Of a DNA stretch of 64,000 bases, positions 1 to 11,184 are shown piece after piece; within the stretch, counting starts at the first letter, position 1, and the number at the start of each line of letters is the position of its first letter. A program made the translations under genes and the position numbers. The notes under the pieces are model-generated. The model saw only the letters and a list, made by a program, of their open reading frames with translations. It did not search any database and was not told where the DNA came from. The DNA comes from Cyanobacteria bacterium P01_A01_bin.123. Its GTDB lineage: Bacteria > Cyanobacteriota > Cyanobacteriia > Phormidesmidales > Phormidesmidaceae. The stretch lies in the NCBI GenBank assembly GCA_039815185.1, contig JBCBZT010000003.1, forward strand, positions 128,001 to 192,000. The letters are read 5' to 3'.

Positions 1-277
1 CGGTATTGGCGTTTCCCTTGAAAAGCAGGATCGGCTATTTCAAACCTTTAGCCAGGTGGATGGTGAGCGCACCCGCCAGTATGGTGGCACGGGGCTAGGA
101 TTGGCCATCTCGCAGAAGTTGATAGAAGCAATGGGGGGAGTTGTGCAGTTCATCAGCATGGGCGAAGGTCTGGGCTCAACCGTGACCTTTACCGTATTGC
201 TTTATCAAGAACCCGTGGTTATCTCTGCCGAACCGATTAGCCCGCCAACGGGTTCTGTGGGGGGAGCGTCAGAATAG
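1..277 (+). CDS. Sensor histidine kinase, C-terminal HATPase_c part (partial, runs off window start)
   Basis: G1/F/G2 boxes GIG..LFQTFSQVD..YGGTGLGLAIS..GLGSTVTF. Confidence 0.9.
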   Translation, partial: GIGVSLEKQDRLFQTFSQVDGERTRQYGGTGLGLAISQKLIEAMGGVVQFISMGEGLGSTVTFTVLLYQEPVVISAEPISPPTGSVGGASE

Positions 278-291
278 GACGAGGCTAGAAC

Positions 292-1134
292 CTATGGCTC
301 TAAAAATTGGGGACGGGCCGCTTGGCTGCGTTTCAGTTGGGCTTCTAGTTCAGGCCAGTGTTGTTGGTCGATGAGTTGCAGCAAGTCATCGATCTGTTGT
401 CGATAACTGTGTAGCGATCGCAGCAGTTCATCCCGATTAAACTGAGCCATCATCATCCCTAGTTCTGGATTGCCCCCGCCAACTCGACTGGTATCGCGGA
501 AACCAGAACTGGCCAGATCTTGCGCTAGCTGCAATACAGTGGTGTTGGATTCACCCAGACAAGCCTGAATCAAGCCTGTGCTGACCATTACGGGTAAGTG
601 AGAAATCCAAGCTACGGCCCGATCATGATCCGTAGGGCTACACTGATGCAGCCTAGCGCGCACTGTCTTCACGAGGGTTTCTACCGTTGCCACAGCCTCA
701 ATCGGGGTTTCTGCCAAAGGCGTCAAGACGTAGGGGCGCTGTATGAATAAACCTGCTTCAGCTACAGCTAGGCCTGCTTCTGCTTTGCCCGCCATGGGAT
801 GTCCACCCACAAAATTCGGCCAAAGGGCGGTGGCCTGTGCCACTAAGGGGCCTTTTACCGAACCGACATCAGTGATGATCGTGTCGGGTTGGAGATGGGG
901 CGTAAGTTGCCGCACTGTAGGGCAAATCGCGGCAATTGGGGTACAGATAAAGACCACCTCAGCCGTCGCTAAACTGGCTAGGTGAGTCGATGCGGTGTGA
1001 ACAACCTGGTGTGCTAAAGCCTGGTCAACAGTCTCCTGCCGCCGACTTACCCCCAAGACCTGATGCCCTGCTGCCCTGAAGTCTAGCCCCAGGGACCCCC
1101 CAATCAACCCTAACCCGATAATCCCAATATTCAT
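292..1134 (-). CDS. tyrA: Prephenate/arogenate dehydrogenase
   Basis: MNIGIIGLGLIGGS Rossmann start, TDVGSVK, GGHPMAG, HDRAVAWISHLP, SSGFRDTSRV. Confidence 0.93.
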   Translation of the reverse strand: MNIGIIGLGLIGGSLGLDFRAAGHQVLGVSRRQETVDQALAHQVVHTASTHLASLATAEVVFICTPIAAICPTVRQLTPHLQPDTIITDVGSVKGPLVAQATALWPNFVGGHPMAGKAEAGLAVAEAGLFIQRPYVLTPLAETPIEAVATVETLVKTVRARLHQCSPTDHDRAVAWISHLPVMVSTGLIQACLGESNTTVLQLAQDLASSGFRDTSRVGGGNPELGMMMAQFNRDELLRSLHSYRQQIDDLLQLIDQQHWPELEAQLKRSQAARPQFLEP

Positions 1135-1391
1135 CGCTGGCTTTCCTAGACATTTCCTAGATATCAAAAACGGGTCAGCCCCAATTCTCATTATTGACGG
1201 ATGGGACGGGTACTCTGAGCTAAAGGGAACCTTTTGCTCAGGAGCGCTTAGGTCTTGAAAGTACCAATTTCCCTGATGCCAAGTAACCGCCACAATGTTT
1301 TGTGCGGTTGCCAAACCATCTTGCTGCGCTGGTAAAGCGGTTAAGCAATGTGGCCAAAGCTACACGTCACCTTATCGGACTGCACTACCCC

Positions 1392-2915
1392 ATGAAAGCT
1401 GAGGAACTGCTGAAAAAATACGCGGCGGGTCTGCGGGATTTTGCCGGAATCAATCTCAATGAAACCAGTTTAATTGGAGCGACGCTCCCGGAAATCATTT
1501 TGCGGGGTGCGAGTCTTAATGTGGCGAATCTCAACAGCGTTAACTTTAGCCACAGCGACTTAGCTCACGCTTCCCTTAACGTCAGCCGTCTGAGTGGGGC
1601 TAACCTCAGCCATGCCAATCTGTCCCAGGCCAACCTAAATGTAGCCAACCTGATTAGGGCGGTACTGATCAGTGCGGATCTCTCTGGGGTATCAATGGTG
1701 AGGGCAGAACTGTTGAGGGCAGAGCTTAGCAGCACTAACTTGAGTGGGGCCAACCTCAGTGAGTCAGATTTGCGCGAAGTCCGTTTGCGTTGGGCCGATT
1801 TGAGTCAAGCAAACCTCAGTCGAGTAGACTTGCGCTTTAGTGTGCTGACTGCCGCTAATCTCAAGGCAGCCACGCTTCATGCTGCTGATTTGAGTCAGGC
1901 CAATTTGAGTGGGGCTAATCTGGTCGAGGCCGAGCTGCGTCATGCCAATCTCAATGGTGCCAATTTGCGGGGTGCCAATTTGCGGGGTGCCAATCTACGT
2001 TGGGCCGACCTGACTGGTGCTGATTTGCGCGAGGCCGATCTAAGTGATGCAAAACTCAGCGGTACCAATTTGGTCGGGGCTAATTTAGCGGGGGCTGATT
2101 TGGTTCAAACCAGTCTTGTGCATGCCAATTTGCTGAATGCCAATTTGATGTACACCCACTGTAGTGATGCCGATTGGACGGGAGCAACTCTGACTGGTGC
2201 TAAGCTCCATGGTGCTGTTTGCACGGGGTTAATTACAGCAGAACTTAACTGCGACTGGATTGATATGAGCACTACGGGCGATCGCAGCTGTATCCAAGCG
2301 TTTGAAGAAACGACTGAGATTGAACAATTTTTCAACCGGGCAATGCCCGTGATTGAAATCATCGTGGACGCTCCCCTTGACCAGTCCGCTAATCTTGCCT
2401 TAGCCAGTGCCTATCACCAGCTTTCGCAGGTAACTGGGGTGTTGGCCGCACCGCCCAATCTCAAGCGCAGTGGCCGCAAGACAATCTTGACTTTCTCCGT
2501 GCCGCCGGATGCGGATCTGGTGCTGACAACCTATCTAGTCACATTACCCTTCAAGGCGGCTGCGACTCTAGAGCCAATGCTCAAAACCCTACTCAAATAT
2601 CTACATGGCTCAGCGTCCCCAAATGAGGGAGAGCCCGTCATTGATGTGTACCAAATGCTGCCCTCGTCTAAACAGGCGTTGGTGGCTTTGCAAGACCGCC
2701 ATTATTGGAACGACAAGTTCTTTCAGAGTCCGCTGCAGATTTCTTTGACTAACAGTCATCGTCAAACGCTAGAACTTTACCAAAGCCAGGGGTTTGGCAT
2801 CCGTGGAATTCAGCCTGAGGCAATGCATTCACAATCTCCGTTGCGACAACCCAGCCTGTCTACCCCAGACGCTTTACTGGCGTTTATTCAGGGCAGCAAT
2901 TCTTTGGGAAAGTAG
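1392..2915 (+). CDS. Pentapeptide repeat protein with C-terminal domain
   Basis: Long A(N/D)LxxA repeat run after MKAEELLKKYAAGLRDF; start taken at ATG 1392. Confidence 0.9.
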   Translation: MKAEELLKKYAAGLRDFAGINLNETSLIGATLPEIILRGASLNVANLNSVNFSHSDLAHASLNVSRLSGANLSHANLSQANLNVANLIRAVLISADLSGVSMVRAELLRAELSSTNLSGANLSESDLREVRLRWADLSQANLSRVDLRFSVLTAANLKAATLHAADLSQANLSGANLVEAELRHANLNGANLRGANLRGANLRWADLTGADLREADLSDAKLSGTNLVGANLAGADLVQTSLVHANLLNANLMYTHCSDADWTGATLTGAKLHGAVCTGLITAELNCDWIDMSTTGDRSCIQAFEETTEIEQFFNRAMPVIEIIVDAPLDQSANLALASAYHQLSQVTGVLAAPPNLKRSGRKTILTFSVPPDADLVLTTYLVTLPFKAAATLEPMLKTLLKYLHGSASPNEGEPVIDVYQMLPSSKQALVALQDRHYWNDKFFQSPLQISLTNSHRQTLELYQSQGFGIRGIQPEAMHSQSPLRQPSLSTPDALLAFIQGSNSLGK

Positions 2916-2978
2916 GAACGTGTATTTTCGGTATGCCACAATGTAGGTCATCGTGCGATTTAGCTCACTCCTTGCCCT

Positions 2979-4523
2979 GTGATTGAAGCCGAAGTTCACC
3001 AACGCCTTAGAGCTTTCCTGCGAGAGCAGGGAGAGCCTTACTGGCCTCACCATTTGACGATGGCGAGGTTAGTGGCGCGGGCATTGCGTCTGGGCCGTAG
3101 TGCCCTGATTCAAACCGGAGGAACCTCTGCTTATCATGGCCGACATCGTTTGAGCTATCTCATGCCGGCCTTGCTTTGGCCTGGGGCAGTGGTGTTGGTG
3201 TTGCCGGATGATATGCAGCAACGCGTTCTCAATATTGAGGTGCCGCGTCTACGTCAGTGGATGCCGATGATTAAACCGATTCAATCTGGCGATCGCTGGC
3301 CTAATCAGGGCTATCAAGGTTTGTTACTGACCACCCCCCGGGCGTGGCTTTCTGATTGGCTTGCTGAGCAAGGGCGTTTCCCCCAAGGGATCCCGACGTT
3401 GATTGATGGTGTCGATAACTTTGAAGTTTGGGTCAGACAAACCCTCACAGTTACCCTCCAAAGCCAAGACTGGGATAGCTTGATGTGGGCCTGCCCTATC
3501 CATCAAGAGCTGATTCGCGATGTGCGGGTTCAGTTAACCCGTGCCCTATTTAATCGATCTGAAAATCCTTACGGCTGCTATTTGGTTGATGATCCTGAAC
3601 GAACTGCCTTAGCTGAGCTTTACCAGAGTCTTCTAAATGATATTCCGGCTTTGGAAACATTACTGCCCCCTGCTTGGCAAAGCTTTTGGCGGGTATTTTT
3701 GCATGCCGATAAGCTCCTGTGGGCCACCGTATCTCGCCGCCAAGGACAATTTATCCTGAGCTGCTCCCCGGCAGAGGTGGGCTCCATCCTGCGATCGCGT
3801 TGGTCGCAGCAACCGGTTGTGTTGATGGGGGCTGCTCTAGATCTAGATGCCCAGGCATCGGCCTACCGCCAACGCCTGGGGCTTGAGGATCTAACCTGCC
3901 TCAAGTTCTCTCCCGATCGGCAGCAGGAAGCGATTCACCTCTACTTACCCGATCGATTGCCTCTACCCAACACCCCTGAGTTTCAAGGGGCAATGATGCT
4001 AGAGATTCGTACCCTACTCACCCGTGCTGTTGGTGGACAGGGGCTAACTGTGGTTCTTGTGGGAGACATGCCACTGAAAGATCAGGTGGGTTCAATACTG
4101 GCAGCTGAATTTGGGTCTCGGGTACAGGTTGAGAGAACATGCCTGGATGATAACGGCATTTTGGTTACAGGTTGGACTTTTTGGCAGCGACATCAGCAGG
4201 TGCTACCCGCCCCCCAACTGCTTATCATAGCGACCTTACCGATTCCGTCCCTTGAAGATCCACTGGTTTCAGAGCGCGTTGCTTACTACAAACGACAGCG
4301 CCAAGACTGGTTTCGCCTGTATTTGCTTCCCGAGGCCCTATCAGAATTGCAGCGGGCGATCGCGCCTATTCGCGATCGACAAGGCGTGGTTGCTCTACTT
4401 GATAATCGGATCAACCATCGCAGTTACGGCGATCAAGTGCTTGCTGCGCTTAGCCCTGCGGCAAGAAGTAACTACATCGATTCAACTTGGTTTGACCTGC
4501 CTAATCCATCTCTATTAGACTAG
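2979..4523 (+). CDS. Cyanobacterial DinG/YoaA-like helicase C-terminal domain protein
   Basis: LPIPSLEDPLV, LQRAIAPIR..GVVALLDNR C-terminal helicase motifs; Walker A and DEAH positions degenerate. Confidence 0.8.
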   Translation: MIEAEVHQRLRAFLREQGEPYWPHHLTMARLVARALRLGRSALIQTGGTSAYHGRHRLSYLMPALLWPGAVVLVLPDDMQQRVLNIEVPRLRQWMPMIKPIQSGDRWPNQGYQGLLLTTPRAWLSDWLAEQGRFPQGIPTLIDGVDNFEVWVRQTLTVTLQSQDWDSLMWACPIHQELIRDVRVQLTRALFNRSENPYGCYLVDDPERTALAELYQSLLNDIPALETLLPPAWQSFWRVFLHADKLLWATVSRRQGQFILSCSPAEVGSILRSRWSQQPVVLMGAALDLDAQASAYRQRLGLEDLTCLKFSPDRQQEAIHLYLPDRLPLPNTPEFQGAMMLEIRTLLTRAVGGQGLTVVLVGDMPLKDQVGSILAAEFGSRVQVERTCLDDNGILVTGWTFWQRHQQVLPAPQLLIIATLPIPSLEDPLVSERVAYYKRQRQDWFRLYLLPEALSELQRAIAPIRDRQGVVALLDNRINHRSYGDQVLAALSPAARSNYIDSTWFDLPNPSLLD

Positions 4524-4587
4524 CTACCCAGACTAAGGCAGGTGTCCTATTCTAGTTAGAGTGTTTCAACTGGAGGCAGGGAAAACT

Positions 4588-4803
4588 ATGGGGGAATCCA
4601 AACGTCGTCGTGAACAGTTAGGAGAAGACTACGGCAAAGAAGCCAATGTGTTGCCTTGGCTACCCTTTAAGAAGGCCCAAGCCGAACAGTTTGTGAAGTG
4701 GACTACCCGAGGAGCCTGGATTGGTATCGGTTTGATGATCGCCCTTTGGTTAACGATTCGCTTCATCGGCCCAGGATTTGGCTGGTGGGAAATTGTTGAT
4801 TGA
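4588..4803 (+). CDS. DUF2839 family membrane protein
   Basis: MGESKRRREQLG start, TTRGAWIGIG, RFIGP.FGWW. Confidence 0.8.
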   Translation: MGESKRRREQLGEDYGKEANVLPWLPFKKAQAEQFVKWTTRGAWIGIGLMIALWLTIRFIGPGFGWWEIVD

Positions 4804-5293
4804 GTTGGGCACAATGACAGCAATACACTAAGCTAGCGTGAACCAAGGGAACGTTTTTATGACAACTTGGGCTTCCTGCGCTAGAACAGAGTAGAGACGA
4901 ATAAACATCTGAGTTGAAAGCTTGAGTAGAGGCTCAGGGCTCTTCAGAAGATCTGTCGGGGAAACGGTAAATCTAGATATAGACAAGGTTTATTCAGGAA
5001 ATGTCATAGTTATTTGCATAAAACGCCTAAGACTGTCTTTGCGGATACGGCTTTGGTCGATATCAGCTTCTATGCTGATGCGAGTGTAATCAGGGCGTAT
5101 ATGTACAGTAGGTGGAAAGCAGTAGCGCAGGTTGGCCCCTGGTTTTTATACCGGGTTACATTTCTAGAACCTTACTTTGGCTTCTTAGGGCAGCATCTTT
5201 AAGTCCAAGGGTAGATTGGATAGGATAAAATCTTAAGAAAGTTTTAATTAAGTCGTAAAATTGAAAAATATGTGGTGACGAGGGAGTGAAGTC

Positions 5294-5638
5294 ATGTTTA
5301 TTAGGCTTGCAGAGCAGCACCGTCAGTTTGTCAAAGATCTAGTTATGGATCTTCAAGCGCTGGCGATCGTACTCGAAAATAAGGGGTATCTAGCATCCTG
5401 CTACACCTGTGGTGGCCAAATGAACAGTGCTTCATTTATGGTGAGTTTGGGTGGCGATCATCTTATTCGGTTTTTGGTCTCCGACTACGGCATTACTTGG
5501 ACTGAGATGCGAGACGATCGTGAGCTGATGAAGTTGGAAGGCGCAGAAGCGATCAGCCAGCTTCAAGAACTCGCAAACTTGGCCAAATATCAGTTTCAGG
5601 CCACCGATACTGACCCAATGCCGCTCCAGCGTGCTTAA
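5294..5638 (+). CDS. DUF1815 family protein
   Basis: MFIRLAEQHRQFVKDLVM..LASCYTCG..IRFLVSDYGITWTE, conserved cyanobacterial sequence. Confidence 0.8.
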   Translation: MFIRLAEQHRQFVKDLVMDLQALAIVLENKGYLASCYTCGGQMNSASFMVSLGGDHLIRFLVSDYGITWTEMRDDRELMKLEGAEAISQLQELANLAKYQFQATDTDPMPLQRA

Positions 5639-6044
5639 GCTGTTGTTTGTATGGATGCGCGGTTGGGTTTGGTGATGTGTGTGGGTCGCCTTGTTTGAGT
5701 TGCTGAGCCTGGGTGCTAGCAGTGCCGTATTCTCATCAAACCCTGAGCAGGGCCAACATCATTAAACTTGCTAAGGCGCAGATTTTCAGAGGTGTTAATT
5801 TAACGGCTCTTGGCGCTTTCAGTTCAGGGCAGAGCCTCATCAACGTTTTAGGGCAATGCTCCCTCCCCAGCCATCATCATTTCTGGGATGAGCACGATGG
5901 CGGTTGTTCAGTTCATTGCTGATCCGCGTCGTGTGATGGGTACACTCAACCAGGATGGTAGGATACTCGGTGGGTTTTCGTGTAAAGGCTTGCCACTATA
6001 TTGAGGATCCACCCATGAATAATCTTGGATTAATTTAATTGTCT

Positions 6045-6929
6045 ATGACTGTTCTTCCCATAGCCACTCGTTGGCAGCACAGATTTGTCGAAACGAACCG
6101 CATCCGTTTGCACTGCATTACCCAAGGCGAGGGAGAATTGGTTATTCTCCTCCATGGGTTTTTGGAGTTTTGGTACTCCTGGCGCTACCAGATTCCGTCT
6201 TTAGCCAATCGATTTAAGGTGGTTGTTCCTGATCTGCGCGGTTATAACGATTCGGATAAACCCAGAGGGGGCTACGACCTAGACACTTTGAGTCAGGATA
6301 TTTATGGTTTGATCCGGGGGTTAGGCTATCAAAAGGCCCACATTGTGGGGCACGATTGGGGAGGGACTATTGCTTGGCACTTGGCCCATAGCTTGCCTCA
6401 AAGTCTAAATCGACTTGCCATTCTTAATGCACCCCATCCCCAGCGATTTCGGCGGGAGTTGTTGAGTAACCTCGATCAGTTTCGACGCAGTTGGTATTTA
6501 CTTGCACTGCAAATCCCTGAGTTGCCTGAATGGTTACTTCAGCAAAATCTGGGCTCCTTTTTGACCAATTTATTTCAGCAGCAATGTGTTCGTAAGGGGG
6601 CGTTTTCTTCAGAAAATACAGCACTCTACCAAGCTGCTTTACAGAAGCCTGGCGCCCTGACTGCTGCCGTAAGGCACTATCGCCAATTCTTATCACCCCA
6701 GTCTTGGTTAAGCTATCTCGGTAAGATTACCAATCCTATTGATGTGCCTACCCTTGTTCTGTGGGGAGAAGAAGATACTTTACTTAGCCATAGCCTGCTG
6801 GAGGGGACAGAGCGCTTTGTCTCAGCCCCTTTTCAAATTAAACGTGTCCCAGACTGTGGACATTGGATCCAGCAAGAGGTGCCGCAAACTGTAAACCGTG
6901 AACTCTTACAGTTTTTGTGTGAAGCATAA
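6045..6929 (+). CDS. Alpha/beta fold hydrolase (epoxide hydrolase-like)
   Basis: LLHGF.EFWYSW, PDLRGYN, GHDWGG nucleophile Asp, GHW catalytic His. Confidence 0.92.
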   Translation: MTVLPIATRWQHRFVETNRIRLHCITQGEGELVILLHGFLEFWYSWRYQIPSLANRFKVVVPDLRGYNDSDKPRGGYDLDTLSQDIYGLIRGLGYQKAHIVGHDWGGTIAWHLAHSLPQSLNRLAILNAPHPQRFRRELLSNLDQFRRSWYLLALQIPELPEWLLQQNLGSFLTNLFQQQCVRKGAFSSENTALYQAALQKPGALTAAVRHYRQFLSPQSWLSYLGKITNPIDVPTLVLWGEEDTLLSHSLLEGTERFVSAPFQIKRVPDCGHWIQQEVPQTVNRELLQFLCEA

Positions 6930-7334
6930 ACTTTTGATCAGGGATATAATCAGTTCTGAATCAGCAGATAAGTATTTTCTAAACTCTATCTAATTTGAAA
7001 ACTTGATTAGGAGTGCAAAGCCTTTCACCTCTTGCAGGGGAACCCTATGAACCTGGGGGTTGCTAAATTAACTAATCTCAGTTTTGTCGTGCCCTGTTAT
7101 TATCCATCTACTTGAGACAGAACTCGGCTCTTTACGTAAATTTAATACTTCACTTAAAAAGCTTCTAGGCATATCAAAATCCATCAAAGTTCTTGTCTTG
7201 AACCTGTTGTTTCGATTAAATTTTTGTTAAGTGTAGGGGCGTGAGCTTAAGGGGGTGCGAGTTGGATCGCTAACCCATTATTAGTTTTTGACAGATACCT
7301 GAGTTACCTTGCGGAGATTCGCATTATTTAAGCT

Positions 7335-8087
7335 ATGTCCAATCTGAACTTTCATTCTCGGCATCCCGAGCTCTGGTTAGACTCCCCAGAGGATCGAGAA
7401 ATTCAGGAGCGGCTTGAGCTTTTTCAAGTGTTCTCGAAAATTTATACCCATAATCGGGCATTGCTGAATGAAATTCTGGAGTTAGAGAACTCTAACGGCA
7501 AATCCCTAGCGCGTTCAGGATTGTTTTTTTACTTGCAGGGAGTTGTATCCACAGACGGTGCTTATCTGATTACCAATTTGCTGGATGGCAAGACTCAAGC
7601 GTTGAAGCAGTCGACGCAAATTTGGACAATTGGTCGCGATCCGCGTCAGGTGGCGTTAATTCTACGAGATAAGCGGTTGTCTCGTACCCATGCGGCGATT
7701 TGGTACCTGCCTCAAAAAGGGTTTTTTCTATCAGATTTAGAAAGCCGGAACGGCTCTTATGTCAATGGCGAACGCATTAAAGAGCATTATTTGTTGAAAG
7801 ACGGTGATCGCATTCGACTGGGCAGCATTACGTTTAGCTTTTTTGTTTGTAGTGAATTTAAATCGGTATCTCCGCCCAGCTTGCAGTGCTTGCAACATCT
7901 GCAAGAGAGCTCTTCTGGTGAACCAACCCTGCCGCCGGATAGTGAAGATGAGCAATCAGAGATTGTTGGCATTACCGAGGAAAAAACTGTAGGAACCAAG
8001 GCTAAATCACCTGTTAATCCAACGCATAGGACGACTGAGGAAACGGTTCAGTTTCCCTGGCTGAAGAATCCTGAACAGTCTTGGTAA
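7335..8087 (+). CDS. FHA domain-containing protein
   Basis: WTIGR, SRTHA, DLESRNGSYVNG, LKDGDRIRLG. Confidence 0.9.
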   Translation: MSNLNFHSRHPELWLDSPEDREIQERLELFQVFSKIYTHNRALLNEILELENSNGKSLARSGLFFYLQGVVSTDGAYLITNLLDGKTQALKQSTQIWTIGRDPRQVALILRDKRLSRTHAAIWYLPQKGFFLSDLESRNGSYVNGERIKEHYLLKDGDRIRLGSITFSFFVCSEFKSVSPPSLQCLQHLQESSSGEPTLPPDSEDEQSEIVGITEEKTVGTKAKSPVNPTHRTTEETVQFPWLKNPEQSW

Positions 8088-8265
8088 ATTACTCTCTGTT
8101 GCCCGAAATGCCAGTTACGGGCAAGCCAGTTATGGGCACGATGGAAGCGCTTGTTATCGTTTAGCTGATCCTCTGACAAATTGGTTCAAATGCACTATTA
8201 TCAGTAGCGGCAGTGTCAATTGGGTGGGCTTAACTTGTCGCTGCCAGATGAACTGTGGAGTAATC

Positions 8266-9534
8266 ATGCAGCCAATAGTGTCGACGGCAACGCTCAAAAT
8301 GTCGATGTTGAGTGTAGGCGAATTAACTGCGTGTTTACAGGGGCTGATTGAAGCGCGTGCTGATTTGCAGCGAGTTTGGGTAACTGGGGAGGTCTCTAGT
8401 GCCCATGAGCATCCTAGCGGCACTTTTTTTGCGCTGAAAGATCCAGAAGCTAGGGCTGTGATTAATTGTGTCATCTGGCACCGTCAGCGATCGCGTCTCG
8501 CTACCTTACCTCGGGTGGGAGAGCAAATTACCGTGTTGGGGCAAGTGACCTTGTATGCTCAGCGAGGTAGCTATCAACTCACAGTGTGGCAGGCGATTCC
8601 GGCGGGAGAAGGCTTGCAGGCCCTACAGCTTAATCAGCTCCGTGAGCAATTGCGGCAGGAAGGCCTGTTTGATTGGGATCGCAAGCGATCGCTGCCGAGC
8701 TACCCCAACACGGTTGCCATCATCACCTCCCCCCAGGCCGCAGCTTGGGGCGATATTCAAAGGACGCTACAGCAGCGATCACCGGGGTTATCCATTCTGT
8801 TTGCCCCAGCGGTAGTGCAAGGGGCGATCGCGCCTGATTCAATTCAGCAGGCTTTTGGGCGAATTGAGCAGCATGGCGGCGCAGACTTGGTGATTTTGGC
8901 GCGGGGTGGGGGATCTAACGACGATTTAGCCTGCTTCAATGATGAGCAGGTCGTTCGCGCGATCGCGGCTTGCCCGGTTCCTGTGATTACCGGTATTGGG
9001 CATCAGCGTGATGAAACCCTAGCTGATGCTGTGGCCGATGTTGTAGCCCATACCCCTACTGCTGCAGCAGAACAGGCTGTGCCTGCCTTAGTTGCCCTTT
9101 ATCAAGCCCACCAAGTCCGTCAAGCTGCATTGGTAAAAGCCACTCAATCCGCCTTGACCCAAGCTCAAGTGCGGGTGCAAACGCAGCATCAGCGGCTCCA
9201 ACGACTGCATCTAGACAAACAGTGGCAGCGACAACAGACCCAGATTAATCAATTGAGCCAACGGTTGAGGCGGAGCGTCAACCAGCGATTTCAAACTGCG
9301 CGTCAGCAGACCCAAGCACTCAATCAAACGCTGGCTAGTCTTAATCCAGAAGCTGTGTTGCGTCGAGGCTATGCGCTTGTGCGGTTACAAAACGACGCGA
9401 TTGCTACTGCTCCCCAGGATATCAACGTGGGAGAGGAGATTAGCCTCCACTGGTCTCAAGGGCTCGCTAGGGCAACCGTGACAGAGATCGACTATGATGC
9501 CTGTCTAAAGCCCGGAAAGCTTGGTGAGGAGTAA
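8266..9534 (+). CDS. xseA: Exodeoxyribonuclease VII large subunit
   Basis: VWVTGEVS OB fold, ARGGGS.DDL, PVITGIGHQRD, TPTAAA; exact start uncertain. Confidence 0.95.
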   Translation: MQPIVSTATLKMSMLSVGELTACLQGLIEARADLQRVWVTGEVSSAHEHPSGTFFALKDPEARAVINCVIWHRQRSRLATLPRVGEQITVLGQVTLYAQRGSYQLTVWQAIPAGEGLQALQLNQLREQLRQEGLFDWDRKRSLPSYPNTVAIITSPQAAAWGDIQRTLQQRSPGLSILFAPAVVQGAIAPDSIQQAFGRIEQHGGADLVILARGGGSNDDLACFNDEQVVRAIAACPVPVITGIGHQRDETLADAVADVVAHTPTAAAEQAVPALVALYQAHQVRQAALVKATQSALTQAQVRVQTQHQRLQRLHLDKQWQRQQTQINQLSQRLRRSVNQRFQTARQQTQALNQTLASLNPEAVLRRGYALVRLQNDAIATAPQDINVGEEISLHWSQGLARATVTEIDYDACLKPGKLGEE

Positions 9535-9640
9535 GAATTCCCAAGATGTAATGTTCAGACTTTAGAATTCAACCTATTCTCCGGGAACGGCAAAGTTCTA
9601 CAAAATCCAAAATCGAATCAATCCAAAATCACGATTAGTC

Positions 9641-9883
9641 ATGCCCCCAACAGCCCAAAGCCATCAAGCCGAGCAACCTATGAATCTTGATTGGAGCTAC
9701 GAAACGGCGATCGCAGAAGTCGAGACTATCATCAGCCGCCTCGAGGCAGGTGAATTGCCCTTAGCAAAGATTTTTGAGCAGTTTCAAACTGCGGTAGAAG
9801 CGTTGGCCCAATGTGAAACCTTTCTTCAGGAAAAACAGGCCCAGGTTGATTTGCTGGTTCAAACCCTAGCCCCGCTGGACTAG
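9641..9883 (+). CDS. xseB: Exodeoxyribonuclease VII small subunit
   Basis: [22 protein letters not shown]; directly downstream of xseA. Confidence 0.92.
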   Translation: MPPTAQSHQAEQPMNLDWSYETAIAEVETIISRLEAGELPLAKIFEQFQTAVEALAQCETFLQEKQAQVDLLVQTLAPLD

Positions 9884-10842
9884 AACGGTAACTTCTTCTT
9901 CCTGATTTTGTCGCGTTCGTAATTGAGTTCTTTCAGCTTCTTCATAATGCGGCCGAAGTATTCCTGTAGGTAAGCTTCTAGGGTCGTGATCTCTGAGCGA
10001 TCAATGCCGAAGACCTCGTATACCTCATCCATCGATGCATCTAAGGGGTTGCCATTCGCGATTACCTCAGCAAAGGCAAGACGATCTGAAAATTCCCAAC
10101 CCCACTGGAAAAACCGAGTCAGCCGACGGACTCCTTTTAGTAAGCCTAAGGGCATTTGAGAAACTTTTGCATCTAGCCCCGACTGACGTTCACACAAACG
10201 CACAATCTCATACGCTCCCCAAGCGCGCGTTCCCGCGAGCGGAAAGGTTCGATCTTTTGTTTCAGGCAGTGACAGGGCCTTAACGGCAAATTGGGCAATG
10301 TCTTGAGTATTCATAAAGGCGATCGGGGCGGCTTCTCCCATCACCCAAACTGCCTGCTTTTCTAGAATTGGAATGGCGTACTGACCAATCAAACCCTGGA
10401 GAAATCCGCAAGGGCGCAAAATCGTGTAATTCAGACCAGATTCTGCCAGAAACTTTTCGGTACATCGCTTGATGTCCATTAATGGCACATGGGGATACTT
10501 TTCTGCATCGAGAATTGAGAAAAACACATAACGCTCGATTCCGGCATCCTTGGCTGCCCTAATCAGCGCGACTTTCCCTTCCCAGTCAATCCTATAAATT
10601 CCTTTAGCGTCGTTAGGGCGAGCTGTGGCTGCATCAATGATTGCCGTTATCCCTTCCAATGCAGGAGGCAATGTCTCTGGTTTGCAAAGATCGCCTTGTA
10701 CCAGGGTTGCCCCCCACTCCCGCAAGAAGGCCGCTTTTTGAAAGCTACGAACCAAGCACCGGACTTCGTGACCCTCATCGATGGCTCGCCGAGCAATTTG
10801 CCGTCCTAATGTGCCAGTGGCACCAACAATGAGTAAAGTCAT
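9880..10842 (-). CDS. ycf39: Ycf39-like atypical SDR, NAD(P)H-binding PSII assembly factor
   Basis: [36 protein letters not shown]; synteny with petM and pdxA. Confidence 0.88.
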   Translation of the reverse strand: MTLLIVGATGTLGRQIARRAIDEGHEVRCLVRSFQKAAFLREWGATLVQGDLCKPETLPPALEGITAIIDAATARPNDAKGIYRIDWEGKVALIRAAKDAGIERYVFFSILDAEKYPHVPLMDIKRCTEKFLAESGLNYTILRPCGFLQGLIGQYAIPILEKQAVWVMGEAAPIAFMNTQDIAQFAVKALSLPETKDRTFPLAGTRAWGAYEIVRLCERQSGLDAKVSQMPLGLLKGVRRLTRFFQWGWEFSDRLAFAEVIANGNPLDASMDEVYEVFGIDRSEITTLEAYLQEYFGRIMKKLKELNYERDKIRKKKLPF

Positions 10843-10919
10843 GGGGTTCGCTAAACAAAAGTTAACTTTCTATAAGAATATCAGACGCTTCTCATTTTCT
10901 GCGAGCCACAATGAAAGTC

Positions 10920-11024
10920 TTATTCTTCTCCGCCTTGTAGTTTCAACATCAAGAAGCCAAGGGCTAAACCAACCAGAATTAGACTAGAGGACAGGAGTGC
11001 TGTATTAAAAATTTCGCCGCCCAT
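10920..11024 (-). CDS. petM: Cytochrome b6f subunit VII (not in ORF track)
   Basis: Hand translation MGGEIFNTALLSSSLILVGLALGFLMLKLQGGEE* (34 aa), between pdxA and ycf39. Confidence 0.95.
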   Translation of the reverse strand: MGGEIFNTALLSSSLILVGLALGFLMLKLQGGEE

Positions 11025-11184
11025 GGGTGTTTTATGCTCCTAAATTTAGCGTTGGGGTCTTTCTCAGATATCTGAAAAATAACGTTATATGCTGAACTAT
11101 TTTAGAGCAGTTTGGGATCTCCCTCTCGGCTAAGGTTGTTCAGAATCGCTAGGGTATTCTTCGTTGATACAGAACGCCATCATC

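Noticed and set aside
1956..1994. 15-bp tandem repeat GGTGCCAATTTGCGG
   Set aside because: Simply encodes consecutive pentapeptide units
5014..5922. Short ORFs 5014-5202 and 5713-5922
   Set aside because: Non-ATG starts, no RBS or recognisable motif
9601..9630. CAAAATC/AATCCAAAATC short repeats between xseA and xseB
   Set aside because: Too short and degenerate; ordinary cyanobacterial heptamer-type repeat
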